The notes: generated by a model from the sequence alone, not told the origin. Shown: positions 24,641 to 40,139, counted from the stretch's first letter. The stretch: 64,000 nt of DNA from Glaucostegus cemiculus (GCA_976551045.1 CDPCPM010000239.1:2418001-2482000), one strand, 5' to 3'. Numbers and translations are program-made.

Positions 24641-27600
24641 CCATTTCTGAAATGCGGTGTTTAGAAACAGACACAATTAGGGTGGAAGTTCATCTGTGGT
24701 AATATGCAGAATGTAACCTGTCAAAGCTGATTGTTGTAGTATGCTTCCAAATTCAGCTTTGAAGTCACGGAAACAGAACTTTGAACACAGCAATACAAGG
24801 TGCAGCTGTTCCTTTCCTGCAAATTTAACACATGCAATTCAGTAGAGAATTCTCCTCCAAATTCCAGCTGGGGCAGAACTAGTACTGGCTTTTGTACTTA
24901 ATGCTCTATTTATAAATTCAGGGTCATATGTTTTATTAGCTGCTTTGTTAATCTGTCCTGCCAACTCCATGAGAGTCTTTTCTTGCATCTCTTTAGAACT
25001 TATATTTTTTAGGATAGATAAAGAAATTCAATGGTATCACATCCCACATTTTGGAACTGAATTTCATTCTTCAATGATGGCTGTGTCCTAATGAAGCCTA
25101 TCACTGATTCCTTCATTGTTTCTTACACATGGAAGTTTCAAACCTGTGAATTTTGAAATTGTGTCCTGGTTATTAATGTTTATCAAATTCTGTAGTGATG
25201 CTGGTAATCAACGAGGGAAAGTCCGCTGTCTGTCTTCCACCAAACAGAAAAATAGCCGCTATTGTAGAGTTGAGGTGCATTCCTTCCTCATTCTTGTAAG
25301 ATTATTTGAGAAGGAGCAAGTTCCAGTACTCCAGCTATGGCCTGTTTCCCACTGTTCCAGCATCACCTCCCTACCCATGCATTCTGTACTTGGACTAATA
25401 AAGGAAAATATGCTTTATGCTTTCTGAACATCCTTATTTATCCTTCCTGCTACCTTCAGCTGTCTTTGGTCATGGATTCCAAGATACCACTATTCCTCTA
25501 CATATCTGAGCTTCCTGCTGTTTATTGACTACTCCCTTGGCTTGTTTGACCTTCCTAAAGTTCCCTTGTTTACCTTGCACATCCCTGTCCCCACCTGACA
25601 AGTCCAATGATATCTTCCTCTAACTTAGAATTACCTTAAGCCAATTTTGGAGTCACTGTCTTTATCATGGCCCGAACATTTAAATCCAAATTATCTATAA
25701 GTATCACAAATGCAAGAACTTTCTGGGACTTCACTGCATACATCCCTACAGTCACTAATAATTGTGTCAACTATTATCTATTGCTTATTCTCACTGAACC
25801 ATTTTTTCGTCCAACATCACTTTCCCTTGAATCCCTTGGGCGTCTATGAGAAAAGCATGGATCTGTTCTCCTAATGAAACACAGTCATAGCTTAAAGCCA
25901 TAAAGATATTTATTTTACTGAAAGACACAATATAAATATGTGCTCCATAATACATCTCGTGAATCATATCAACGGTGACCATTTTGAGAATCTGGAAAAC
26001 AGCATTGTGCCAGAATAATAGTCATAGGTCAGTGCTAAAATGCAAAAAAAACAATATAATGTTCTTTGAATTAAGAAAGTATATAGGCTTCAATTTAATT
26101 ATAAATGGTCTAATCCTATTACCAGTTATTTACTCCAGTGTTTGCATCAATATTTGCATTTGTTAAATACCTTTGCTTTAAAAATTGGTTGTTTTACTGA
26201 ACAAAGCATCCAGCCATCTAAGTAGTCAGATAATTCTGAATCAGATATGAGCTTGCTTCTAATCGTGTGTTCAGCCACATCTTCTCCAAATGCCTGAGCT
26301 GATGACCGAGGCACCATTTTCCAGTCAGTGACTGATCTACTATTCTGGCATCAATGGTTATTAGACTGAGCATAGCAAAACAGTAGGAATATATACTATA
26401 TACAGAAACCATTAAAACTTCAATTTAAAAATTCATTTGTGAGAAGAGATTGGTCCCAACTGTTACACTCTGTTAAAACCCACAAAAGCACAGTAAGGTT
26501 AAGTAAACTAGGGAATGAATAATTTAAAAAAAATCCCCACATTATTGATGCTCTTGCGAGCTATTCCATTGCTCTTGCTGTTGAATGTAGGTTTCCTATC
26601 CACATGGGCAAAGGGTGAAACAGGAAAACTTTTATTAGTCCACAATGACACGTTGCATTAATTTAGAACATTTACACTTGGATAGGTATTAGTTCAAACT
26701 TAAAAGGTAGATTACAGTCTATAACCAGTATATCATTGTTTTTGCATTGTTATTTAATATGATACAACTGGCATTATTAAGAACTATTTTAGAGCTTTGC
26801 ATCCATCCATTTGGTTTTTTTTGCATGTGTGATTGGGGTGGGTGGGTGGGAGGATTATGAATTCCAGAAGTTGTGGAGGTAAAGTTCACTTGAAAAGCTG
26901 TTAACTTTCTTTTTTTTGAAAAACAAAGGTAGGATTAAATTAAGGTAACTGAAAAGATGCAAGATAGCTGTATTTTAAAACATAAATTCCACCTCATTAC
27001 AAGAGTTCACAAGAGTCAGGCAGTTTATGCTTTAGAAAGAAGATACATATTGTAGTGAATGTCTCAGAGTACAAACAACACACCCAGAGGTAAACAGGTC
27101 AATATTATCAAACTCAGGTATTGCAATAATTGAAAAGGTGAGAATCAGGCTGGTATTACTAAAGCTATGTTGTACTTCATTATTAGCATAATGAATGAGC
27201 TGGCAGATACAATGGCATTTAATCAATTGGTTATCAGGGTACTTCCCTCACATTAGTATGACAGCAAATAATCTGAAATTCACAAATAGTGAGTTCACAA
27301 TTAAATGAATCATTTGTCGAAATTGACCAGGTTTGTGGTTTTAAATTGCTTTACTATTACAACATTTTAAAATATCTCTATAATGTAGCAAATGAAGACA
27401 CTTTTCTGCTCTTACTCAGTTAATTAGACTTCATCTCATTGTGTTGGGCACAATCACTGTCAAGTATGACTGGAAATAACTAATGTTTCTGTGAATCATT
27501 GACAAATGAATAATGTTTAAAGAAAGTCCACTCCAGGTGTTAGCAATTAGTTTAGAATGATATAGTAAATAAATCCACACTTTATTTGTTTTATTCATTA

Positions 27601-30600
27601 ATCCCTCAATCTGCATGAATGAGGGATGAACATGTCAAATTTAAAGGGCATTTGACTCTTAACGTATACCCAGCTCATAGTAATGCTGAAAAAATGGAAT
27701 AAATGTCTGGGTCACCCATATATTATGGACTAGATTTTTGCAGATATGTATTGACAGCAAAATCATCAGCATTTGCTGTGAATCTGCAGTAATTTCTGGA
27801 GTGCAAGCATCCACAATTAAATGTGGGTGTTTAGAATTTGTCATCAGTAAGTGCATGCTCCTCCAAAGGGTGCGCTGTTTTGCAACCTTTTCCAGTCTGA
27901 TTGGCAAGAATTGGAGATTTAGGGAGCACTAAAGTAAAATACCCTGAAGATATTTGTGCCTTGTTGTATGATTTCTACATGTTTTCTTAGGACACCAGAT
28001 CATTAGACTGCTTTGAAACCTCTCTCTCACTCAGAAAACTAGTTTTATATCTGTGATTTGTAATTTCCTCAAATATCTCAATGTATAATGCATTTTAAAC
28101 TAAAATTTTTAAACTCCATTTTATATTTCAGGTTCCACTTTAATCTTGGGTATGTGCCAATATTTCTTTTTGTTCTCTAAAAAGTGAACGATATAAGTTA
28201 AATATGTGTTTTTTTTAAACTGGCTTACTTTCTGTGAGAATTCTTCAAAATGATTGCCAGCAAGGTGGCTGTGCAGCCAGTTATACTTGATAACGTTGAT
28301 GTTCTAATTTGGACTCTTAACAGTAATCATTGGAAAAGATATGGTTAAAATCAGAGGGATCTCTAAGTCTTTGTGGCAGCTTTCTTTGAAGTCAGTGGCG
28401 AGCACCATTGGAACACTATTGACGCCAAGATCTAGTTCTGTTTGTGCACGTAAATCCCTGGAGGTGGTTTCAATATAATAGTATCAACTCTGATGTTAAT
28501 TGTAAATTGCTCAAGCTCCGCTTTCATGGCTCATAACATAAACAAAGTGACACCACTGTTTTCTAAATGTACTCTTCATTTCAAATAGGATCTGGGTGGA
28601 AATTTGTTACCAGGAATTTTCTCTTGAGCTTCTCCATTTCTGCACTTCGCTAATTGGGAAAAGACCCAAGGAAATTAAATCCAGCACCTTTGGACTACAG
28701 GCATGGTAGATAAAATTGCTTTTACATAAACCATACAGTGTACCATATAGTAACATAAATTAGTTGTGATACTATCTTCAATTTTTGTACACAGCAGTGT
28801 TTTAAAGGCAAAGCAAAGATGATTTTAGGTCAAATTAATTATATTTTGAGTACTCAAATTAAGAAATATTGTTACATTTGCTGTTGTATTTCTTGAATGT
28901 TATGTTATAATCTTCTTGGAGATATTTAATGTTGTGGTCTTGTATGAACCCTCCGGCTGATACGCCAGTTTTGAGAAGTTCCAAATGAAGCAAAAGCTCC
29001 TGGGGATATGCAGCACAGTCTTGCAAACTCCAGTCACAACGTTACCAATTACAAAATTGGCCTGACTCCTAAGTCACTCTCTCATGTGGGTAAATGTATT
29101 TTTTTAAATTTATATTGTCAAAATCAAAATCTGCTGAATGCTGTTTAACCAGAAAAAACATAAAAATATAAGTAACAAGAGCAGGAATTGACTAGATAGT
29201 CTCTTGACCTGCTCCACTATTCAATTAGGTCATGCCTGGTCTAATCATGGCCTGACTCTGACTTCATAGATACTTCCTTGAAAAACAACATTGAAAGTCC
29301 TCCATTATGTGTTTTCTATTTTTGACTGTAGATAACGTACAAACAGAACAGTCTTAATCAGTTTATCATTTTTACAGACTAGGAGTTCATACTTGTTTAG
29401 CAATAAATGAAACATGCAAAATTAAATTTTTGGTTCAAAGTTTAAGTGGATGTATATCTTATTCATTAAGTGTGTGAGGGTTATGGGGAAGAGGCATTTT
29501 TTGCACTTGGACTCAAGAACCCCTTGGCTGAAAACACCACCACTTCTGTCCCCTGTGAATAAATGACAAACGGTGATAGTGATCAGCTTATAATTATAAT
29601 CCTGTTGTCATCAGGAAATGCAGATGTTTTCAGCAGACGGCTGATCCTGTTCATCTTTCTGATCTTCAGCATTTTAACATGGCCCATCTGTTCTTAAATG
29701 GTTTTTATTATAATATACCATTTGGGGTTCTGGTTTATATCAATAAAGTGTACAGTCTTCCAGTCCAATTAAGTATACACAGGAGTGACATTCTATATTG
29801 AAGGATCAGTATATAATACAGTGACAGCAGTAGAGACAAAACAGGATTAATCTGTTTTATTTTAGTGCATTTGAGTGATTTGGCTGGTTGATCATTATTT
29901 AAGAAAGTTATGGTATCAACCATAGTTTTCTTAAAAGCAAAGTGAACATCTCAAGCCAAAAAAAAGTCATTGTCCAGGACTTTCACCAATCAGAATGCAA
30001 CACTGTTTTGCAATTGAATTTTCTGCAATGGATGGTGAAATGAGGTAACTAAATGGATCAAGGGATAGTTTGGAGTGTTAGTAGTGCATACAAATAAAAT
30101 CCAAAGGCTGGTATTGTGATTCCTGATGGAATGAATCATTCTATTTAGCTGTGTGGGATTTTAGCATTCGCCTGAGATGTGTCTCAGAATAGGTACAATT
30201 AGACATTTCACCTCAATGTATCTCTTGGAAAATTCTCAACAAATCCTTTACAGTGCCTACTGTTTAAACTGCTGGCTCATAATCCTTGAAAAGATCCTTA
30301 AATTATTTCTTCTATATTGTACGATCAAGATTACCAGTAACAACCTGTATTGCTTTGATTTCTCTCAAGCGCAAGTAACGTATCCTAGATTTTTGGCAAC
30401 CATCTTTCTCTGCCAAAACAGTTTTACTGCTTCTCAAACCTGTAGTGGCTGCTGCGGAAGGAGGACTGAAGCTGCTGGTGATGAATGACAATTGTAGAAG
30501 GTGCACGCCAATAAATCTGGGTACTCATTTGTGTAGCTAAAGAAACCTGGTTCCAGAACACTGCTAAGTTTCCCTTGTGACATACTTAATTAAGATGCAC

Positions 30601-32589
30601 CTTCAGCTCTACAAAGCTGTACCTCCCACTGGGGTTATTCTGTATTCAGCAGATCAGAAATGCTGCTTTAAATGACAAGTATTTACATAAGTGAACTGAG
30701 ATCTATACAGCTCTCCTGATTTGAAGTGCTTCATTCCATTTGTGAATAGTCAAATGGCCGTAGCTCATTGCCATTGCATTATTTAATAATGCTGACAATG
30801 GTAATGCATTCACCAGAAAACCTACATATAGAAATGAGTGCAAACGAAGTTGATTAGAATTAAAAGCTGTTGGAGGAATGCAATACATGTTATATTACTG
30901 CATTCCCTGCAACAGGTTAAGTAACATTTAAATGTAGGCTGTAAAGCAAAAATATATATGTAATTGGAAATACATTTTTCACAGTCAATTTTAAATTAAC
31001 TCAATCTCACAGAAACAGCCATAAAAAACTTTCAACAGTTGACTACAGTGTTCAATGGAGTATTTTGTTTTTTGTTGGACATATTGATAAAACAATTCTG
31101 AAACAATTTCTGTGATTTCTGCTTTTTTTGTTGCCATTCCCACTGTTTGCGTTACTTTTCAGAGCCAAGACAGTCATTAGGTAGTGTGGTTGAATAAGCT
31201 GCCATATGAGTAGCTCTTCATTACTATGAGAAGTAACCTTTGGCTGGAGCAACCAAAGCCATGAAAGAAGGTGCAGCTTTTTTCCCTCTCTGAATTTATC
31301 ATAGACGTTTACCACATTTTGCTCATGCTGCCCAACCTAATCCAGCCTAATTCTACTTCCTAGCTCTTTCTTCCTATCGCATCACATTGAGTGCTCATCC
31401 AGGTCCTTTTTGAATGTGATGAATGTTTCTGTGACTGCTGTCCATTCAGGTGGTGAAGTCCTTCCAGACAGTGAAGAGCTCATCCCAATTTATTTAGGGG
31501 ATATGGGTGTCTCAACAAGGTGAGCTGCCTTCTTGATCCATTACAGTGTGTGGGGATACAGATTTAGGGATAAGTGGATAGATGTTCTTCAACTCCCCAC
31601 TTATTCTTAAAACTGTATCCCCTCATTATTCATTTCTTTGCTAAGGGAAATGAATGCCTCTTATCCACTCTATCTCTGACTTCCATAATTTGTACTGTTT
31701 TATAAATACATTTTATCAACGATCTACAGTTCACTCTAAATCAGCTCAACTGTACCTGTTGCTGTGGGTTATGACTACAATTCAAATTCAGCTCCAACTG
31801 AGTCATCTACAGCATGTCACACAACTTTAAAATACAGAAACCTTGTTTGTCTTTTAACACACAATACCTATCTAAACCAATCAATTTATACTTTTATCTT
31901 CCTATCATTTAGTTTGTTTGTTTAATATTTACCTTGCAGAATGGAGGTTTTGTAAAAAGTAGGTGCATAGTTATAAAGCTAACATATTAAGATAATGAAC
32001 ATTAGATTTCAGGAAAGAATGAAGATGCATTCTAACTTTATGCTTTATAAAATCCTAAATACATTTTAGTTGAAATTTAATGAGTTTAATTTTATTATGC
32101 AGTTTAGAGAAGTAGGCCCTGAATGAATATAATTATTGATCGAAGACCTCAATGTACTATTAGTAATGAACAAGGACGGTCATTGTTCAAATCTTTTGAT
32201 AGTCACGAGCTAGACACACTGAAAAAAGTATTTTAATAATTTGTTTTCTTCCCTCCCATAATACATGCCAATGTTTTTCTGACATTAATGACACAACCAT
32301 CTTTGCATCTTCACTTAACATCTAAAAAGGCATCTAGATGTATGTCCTAAAAGTTGGGGTCTTATTCATTGCTCTTTGCCTTTCTTTTTTATATAGATAG
32401 ATCTCTGGTTGAGCTAAGCACCCCTTTCAACAGCACAGTTAAGCAATGTAAGACAGGAAAAAGAAAAATAAACATTATCCTATCATTCCACCAATGTACT
32501 CTGAGGTTGGGTTAAGGGACATTTTTGGACAAGGTAGAAGAATCCTTTGCACTCATAGTTATATAATACTTTCATCTTAATTCATTTAG

Positions 32590-32830
32590 GGGAAATATCT
32601 TAGGAAGATGAGCTGCCTTCTTGAACCATTACAGTCCTGAAGTGAAAATACTCCTAGAGTGATGTTACTGAGTCCATAATTTTGATCCAGCAACGATTTA
32701 AGAATGGGAAAATGTGTCCAAGTAAAAATAACGTGTAGCCTAGACAAGAGGTTGCAGATATCAGTGTCTTCAAAGACCTGATGCTATGGCCTTATAGGTG
32801 GTAGAGATTGCAAATCTGGGACCTCGATCT
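32590..32830 (-). mobile_element. CR1-clade 3' fragment, same family as 37020-37870
   Basis: gagctgccttcttgaacc is the approximate reverse complement of gttcaagaatgcagctc at ~37770. Confidence 0.6.
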
Positions 32831-34883
32831 AGCTGATGCCTGTATTTAGTGCTTACAAGTTCCTTTCCCCAGTACAAACATGTTATCTTAATAAACATAA
32901 CATTTCCAAAATTTGCACTATCTTACATATTTTTTAGTTAATTATTTAAGTTTCACTGCAATTAACCTTGAGTAGAATAATTGCATCAAGAGGGGCCAAT
33001 TCTAACCTAATTTCAGTTGAATTCTAATGAAATTTTCAAATAGCAGTCATTGACCTAAAAAATAAAGCAATGAAAATGGTTAGAGGAAGAGCAAAAAGAT
33101 CATCACTGAGAAAAGAAGGAAAGAGAAAAGGAACAGTATATCTTTTGATGACTAATCCAAAGGTCCAAACCTGTCACACAAATTCTTCATTATTTCCAGT
33201 GCCCAAAATACCCCGCAAGGCATGGTTTAAACCCAAGTGTTACACAAGTAATCACTCTATAAGCCAAAACCTTAAAGATTACAACGAAGTAATGGTTCAG
33301 TCAATCCCTACTTTGGTGGCAGAGAAGTTATTGTAACCTGCAGTTCAACAAGTAAACTAATAATATATTGAAGAAAATCTGTTCAATTACATACTCGTTT
33401 CTAATTATTTCCATAACATTGTGAAGTGAGCAGGTCTCAATAGAAAAGTACTGTGACTCTGCTTATACTGGATTTGGAAAAAAATAAATGTATGATAATT
33501 TCCTGTTTTGGATTCTAATTTGCATCATTGATTGATATTAGTCAATCATTTTGAGTAAAGAGATTTCATAATTGACAAATTCTGCATAATTTACTGTAAA
33601 GGACTCACTTCAAAGATGTAAAATGTATTATAAAAATGGAAGATTTTTCTTCTAGTTAGTTAATGATACTACTTGGGCAGATGGAAATAGCTCAGAGAGA
33701 CATCTTGGTCGACATAGATGAGTTGGGTTGAAGGGTCTGTTTCCATGCTGTGTAACTCAATGACTCTACTAGCAAGATTTTGGGTAAGTTTGGCCCAAGA
33801 GTTTAAGAGATAACTGAACTCCCTAATAACCTTACGTAGTTGTTCAAAAATGTTTTTGAGTTTTACTATATTTATCAGCATTTTCTGATACAGAATTAGA
33901 AAATAATTTGCATCCATACAATAAGAGTATTTTTATAAAAACAAGGTTATTACAGTTATAATAGTATTATTTGCAAAAATTGCTGTCATTATTTGATAAT
34001 TTTGAGTAAAAGAATTTCAGTTTGGTAACTCATTCTTGAATATTAAGGGAAAGCATTCATGTTTGGTCAGAGATTTTTGAGTCATAACCAACTGTTGTTT
34101 GTAAGACGAAGTGAATGTGAGGAAGCATCAGTCAGGGCTTTAACAGGTCTAAATAAAAAAGAGATAAAGAAAAACATCCTGCTATTGTAATACAAATTCT
34201 CAAATCCCTTTAATAATTTACATGGTCTTATTGTTTAGTAACCATTCATTACTGAATGTTTATTACTTCCATTTAAGGAATTAGGAAAATTCCATCCAAC
34301 TTGAGCAAAATCTGAAAATGGTTCTCTACATAGAGGTGAAACATAACTGTCCGATCAGATATTAGAACAATCCACTTCAAGTTGACTCCGAAAGGGTCTA
34401 ATGAAGGATCATTATTAATTCTGTTGTTCCTTTCACAAATGTTGCCTGATCTGCTGAGTTTTTTCATTACTTTCTGTTTTCATTACATTAACTCTGAACT
34501 TCATTTTAGGATATGTCTGCTCTTTCAAGGATCTAATTCCAGATGAACAGCTTTTTCACTGCAAGTATTCTGAATAATTTGCTGTGTGTTGCATATGGAT
34601 GATTAAACAAACCTTTTGGATGTCCAACCACACTGTATACTGCATTTAACTTGGGAGACAGAATATCCAACACATTGAAATGGTAGAAGAGAAGAAAACA
34701 AGAATGGGTTTAATACTTTGATTATCATTTTATGAACAGTAAGAGGGCTTTAATGACTGGCATTAGAAAACAAAGGAAAGGGTCCCAAACCTGAAGCATC
34801 ATTTTTTTCTCTTTCCTCAGATGCTGTCTGATCTGCAGAGTATTTTCAGCATTTTCTGTTTTTATTGAAGGAAATTAATGGGA

Positions 34884-34940
34884 TAAATTAATAATGTTAA
34901 TTATATAAATTAATGATGTTAATGATATAAATTAATGATT
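34884..34940. repeat. AT-rich minisatellite, ~22-bp unit, ~2.6 copies
   Basis: ataaattaatRatgttaatKat repeated in tandem. Confidence 0.75.
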
Positions 34941-37019
34941 CTAAGAAGGTAATACCTTTAAGTAGTTATTGAGTTGATAACTGGAAGATGATAAATTCAA
35001 ACTATAATCTAATGAGCATGATGTACTTAATGGACTGAATGCACTAAATTCAGTGTGTTGGAAGAGTTGAATTGCCTCAATAAGCACAGATTTTTGATTA
35101 GCAACTAATTGAAGGAAAATTGTTCTTTTATCAGGTTTGTAGCAGATTTAAGAGAGAATGTACTAAATATAATGCCTGCACCCTTTATTTTCTTCTGCAT
35201 TTACTGTTTCTTGCTAGAGGGTTGCTGTGTAAGTAAGTTATAATTCCATCACTAATCTCATGAATGTTAACTTTCAAGATGCACATCAGAAAATATTTTT
35301 CAAAAAAAGCCCTGTTTAAGGAAATGCGGCAATTGGATGTACCAGCCCACAAGTAGAACCGATCATGCAAAAGCCACACTTGGCAGTGTGATTTCTATGT
35401 GTGCATTTTAAACACGATACATACAAATAACACTCATATTAATTTATCCAAACACTGTATAAGACACTATAGACTAATTATTATGAAGCTTGTAAATAAA
35501 TTTTAGCACTTTTCTACAAAAGGTAGTAGTGAAGACTGTGAAATAGTGGTTAAACTTACAAAGGGGTTGGAAGAGAAATGAACATTACACTTTTCACCAG
35601 GAATGGAAACTCCTTCTTCCCTCAATATTTGCGTAATGTTTGAAATATTACAGTCCTTAAATACTCCCTTTACATATAAGCAAATGCTAAAAGTTTTGCA
35701 CAACAGATCATGTGATGAAATCAAATTTTATCCTTTTATAGCAAAATTAAGTTTATCCTTCAATAGCTAATAACCATGAACTGAGAATTATAATAAAACT
35801 ATGGGATGTCATTAGTAGATTCTGTACATTAATGATTCAAACCTGTTTACCAGGAAAGCAAATAGACTGTCAGTTAGCCTGCACTCCATTTGCAAACTTG
35901 TCAACTGGGATTCAAATCTATACAAATAGTAAATTTGGCAAGATACTTCAACCATTAAATATGAAGGTCATCTAAATAAAATGTAAAAGACTCCAAATGG
36001 ACGTACAAGAACCCCTTGTAAAATGTGCTGTAAACGGGAGAGTTTGATTCCTTTTAAACACTTGCCTATAGGTTGTTAGTAATGAATGTGGCATTGAGTT
36101 CAATCCAAGGGAGTCCAAATGTTTGTCCTTTTGTTTTCAGTCCATTGCATTGCTAGTGGCTGATCTTCCTGGAGACGGCAGTCAATGACCTTGAGAAGAA
36201 ACAGTAGCTGGTCAAGGTACCAGATATATATTCTAACCCTATTACACAGCAAAATATCTGTGAAAATATATTACATTTCTGTGTATGTAGTCCACAATGT
36301 GTATTGAATTTAACAATGTAATGTGAAAATATTTACATACTGTATATGATATGTTATTTATAAGCAAACATTTAATGGTAATATGATTAACTGAAGAAAT
36401 ACAAACCAGAAACACTGGTAATCTAAACTGAAAAAAAGCAGAATTTAATCACAAATTAAAATATAGAAGCCCATTTTTGCACATTATATCTGTAGCCGTA
36501 TTGTGGTACAATGGCCTGCGCTATCTTATTGCTTCTGAATTAACATTGAAATGCAAATCAGATAGACAGAACCTGAAAGAAAAAGACAAAAGTTAATATT
36601 TCAATTAAAATAGGCTAGTTCTTGGCTGGGGTGAAGAATAGTTAGTGGTCTTAAAGATTGGTTTCCACCCCTTGAGGGGGGTCAGAGAGCAATCTTATGC
36701 ATTTTTCCCCTACTCACTCGTGGGTTATTTTCCTTTTTAAAAGACTCTCTCAAAATACCTCTTGATGAGTAGAAAGTATCCAGTCAGGATGCTCCAGTGA
36801 AATCTCTGTCAACTAGTTTTCAAACAACCTCTGAGCAACACGACACAATGTGAGTGGGAAAAGACATTATTTTATCATTTGTTTTACCCCTTGCTGTTCT
36901 GTGAAGTAGTATAGAAATCTCTATTTTTATTCTGGCCCCTTTTCATGAACTTACTCTGATTTATCAATAAAACATTCACATATAGCAGTTTCATTTTGAT
37001 AATGTCGATAATCATGGGT

Positions 37020-37870
37020 GATATATCCACATCTAAATGCAGCAGAACCTGGACAATATCCAGGTCTGGGCCGATAGGTGGCAAGTAATATCTTCACCAC
37101 GTGCCAGGTAATATCGCCACCACACGCACCTAGCAATGACGATATCCAATAAGAGAGATGCTGGCTATCACCTCCTGCCATTCAATAGCACTCCCATCAC
37201 TGAATCTCCACTTAAAATACCTTGGGGGTTACCATTAACCGGAAGCTGAACTGGAGTAGCTATATACACAATGTTGCTACAAGAGGAGTTCAGATGCAAG
37301 GAATCCTGTGGTGAGTAACTTACCTCCTAACCCCCCAAACTCTATCCACCTGCAAGGTCCCAGTCAGGGGTATGATAGAATACTCTCCACCCGCCTGGAT
37401 GAGTGCAGCTTCAACAACACCTAAGATGCTTGATACCATACAGGACCGAGCAGCACACTTGATGTGCACTTCATCCACAACCATTCACTCACTCCAGCAC
37501 TGATGCACTGTACCAGCAGTTTGTACCATCTACAGAAAGCACTGCAGCTGCTCACCAAGCTGTCTCAGACAGCACCTTCCAAATCCACACCTTTACCAGC
37601 TAGAAGGACAAAGGCAGAAAAAGCATGGGAATGCTACCACCTTTCCAAGCTACACACCATGCTGACTTGGAAATAAAACGTCATTCCTTCACCGTCGCTA
37701 GGCCAAGATCCTTAAACTCCCTCCCGAACAGCATTATGGTCATATCCACACCATGAGGACATGCGGCAGTTCAAGAATGCAGCTCACCACCACCTTCTCG
37801 AGGGCAATTAGGGATGGGCAATTAAATGATAGGTCTGTCAGTGATGCCCACATCCCTTGAATGGATAAAA
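37020..37870 (+). mobile_element. CR1-clade LINE 3' portion
   Basis: MQQNLDNIQVWADRWQV and KVPVRGMIEYSPPAW motifs; ends in gcccacatccc. Confidence 0.85.
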
Positions 37871-39866
37871 TGAAATTGGAGCAACAAATTGATGGGGTAT
37901 TGTCTGCTTATTACCAGCCTGGAAACTATACTGAAAACTCATCAAATAGTTGCATGAACAAACTATTTGTAAAAAAGCTGGCTAAAACACAGACTTTTGC
38001 TGTGCACCTTAGAAGTGTCTTTTTTGTTTATTTTTATGCTGTTGATACAAAGGTAATTGATGCTGTTATGCCATTACATGCACAGTGGTGAGATTAATGA
38101 CTTGTAAGTCACCCTATATTCAGCAGTGATGTTAAAGCCTTCATTATAGGGAAGGATATCTGCACAAAATAAGTGTTAACTAGCTCTGTTAATTAATATT
38201 CATGTTTTTGGGTAGTGTATGACCTGGAAATATCACTAAACTGATGAAATTAACTGATTATCTTACTTAAGTGCTCTGCTGGATTGCACTTGAAAGTCTA
38301 GCCTCTTGTACATACAGTGTTTCATTCTCAATAAATCTACAAGACTATCATGATCAGGAGTGGATTCTCACCTTTGATTATAACATGAAATGTACTGTAG
38401 AAGTGCATGAACAAATGTCAGTATCAGAATTATCAAATTGTTTTACTTGAGTATAGTTTTCAAAATCCAAGATATATTTTCATGTTTCATGATCACACTC
38501 CAGTAAAAGTTATTCTTCTCTGATGTAAAATGAACTCCTACTAAAAGTGCTGTGGAAAATATCAGTTTGGTTCAACTGGTCACCTGGTGAAGATCTATCA
38601 GAATAAATGAAGTACAGTTTGGGTGATGCTGTAAAGTTGGGAAGATCGCTATATATGCTGCTTATATACAGATGATTGAATACATTTAAATTAAAAGCAG
38701 AAAATGCTCAAAATATTCAATAGGTCAGATTGGACCTGCTGAATATTTCTAATTTTTTTTGTTTTCACTTCATATTTCCTGCATCTGCAGTTTTTTTCTT
38801 TTCCAGTGAATAAATTAGGCTAAGTCATCAATTTCCAATTTAGTTTGAGTCCAAGTTTTCTTATCTGGAAATCATTCCAGCAGCAAACTATTCCAGAGCT
38901 ACAGCAAAATAATGTGAAGCAGCAAAATACCACTGAGCTTTCCGAGTTCACGCTTTTTAGACAACCAGATACAAAGGGCCTTTGCCAAATCTCCCCAAGC
39001 TAATCTGAGGCATGTAAAAATTCCAAGAGAAGATGTGGAATTTATTTTTTCCTCTCCACACCCTCCCTGCAAACCAACCAAGTAATTGAATAGAAGTTCA
39101 ATCTAAGATTGATCTAATTAACCAGTCTTCATCAATTATGCTACAGCTGGTAATATACCCAGGACTTAGATTGGAATGTGTGGAACCACAACTCATAAAA
39201 ACAAAATTACTCATGTGACATTTGTTTCACAAGCCCTAAATAAATAAATTGCAGCATGCACACAAGCCTGAAGCTTTCTGGGATGAGGTAAATTCTCATG
39301 CACACACAACTGGCATGTGCCCTGTGAAAATGATTGGCATTAATGCAATTACCACATTGTGTGGGCCAAGCAGAAGAAATCAGAACTGATCAGCAAGGAC
39401 AAGCCCCACACCTGCACTACATAAAGGGATCTTCAATTACTTCCCAGGTTTGTTGACGAGTCAGTTGGAGCAGAGCTCGTTAGGCACAGTCACTGTGAGG
39501 TTTGGAATGCATTGCCTCTGGACATTAAGGGTGAAGCCTGTAAAGCATGCTTCATTTGGGTTCCTACTGTGCCTCCAGCCAGACCAACAATAGAGGAAGA
39601 AGTGCCAAAGGTAAGATCTCCCTAACATGGGAGAATAAAGGAGGGGAGAGAGAGAAAAGCTCTGACCAAGAAGGACTAGCCCCAAAAGATTTAAGGGAGC
39701 CACATTCCTATTTCAACTTGTCTGAGGAGAAATGCAAGTGGAGACAGGATTTTCCTAAATCAATATGACAGAGATTAGATACTTGATGCAGGTAGACCTC
39801 CAGCTACACTCTGTGACTGGACCACTTTCACTGTGGAGGTAAAGGAATCTGTCATCCTTAATATGT

Positions 39867-40139
39867 ATCTTTATTAGTCACATGTACATCAAAATACACA
39901 GTGAAATGAATCTTTTGCGTAGTGTTCTGGGGGCAGCCCGCAAGTGTCGCCACGCTTCTGGCTCCAATGTAGTGTGCCAACAACCTGTATGTCTTTGGAA
40001 TGTGGGAGGAAACTGGAGCACCCGGAGGAAGCCCACGCAGACATGGGGAGAACGTACAAACTCCTTACAGACAGTGGCCGGAATTGAACCCAGGTCGCTG
40101 GTGCTGTAAAGTGTTACACTAGCCGCTACACTACTGTGC
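39867..40139 (-). mobile_element. tRNA-derived V-SINE (HE1-like)
   Basis: Minus strand shows A/B boxes (tagtgtagcgg, ggttcaattcc) and the V-domain ggagtttgtacgttctccccatgtctgcgtgggcttcctccgggtgctccagtttcctcccaca. Confidence 0.88.

Noticed and set aside
39170-39860. Possible LTR (TG start, TATA-like ctacataaagg)
   Set aside because: No matching CA terminus or TSD could be found.
40070-40139. tRNA-like A/B boxes as a tRNA gene
   Set aside because: This is the head of a V-SINE and has no complete cloverleaf.
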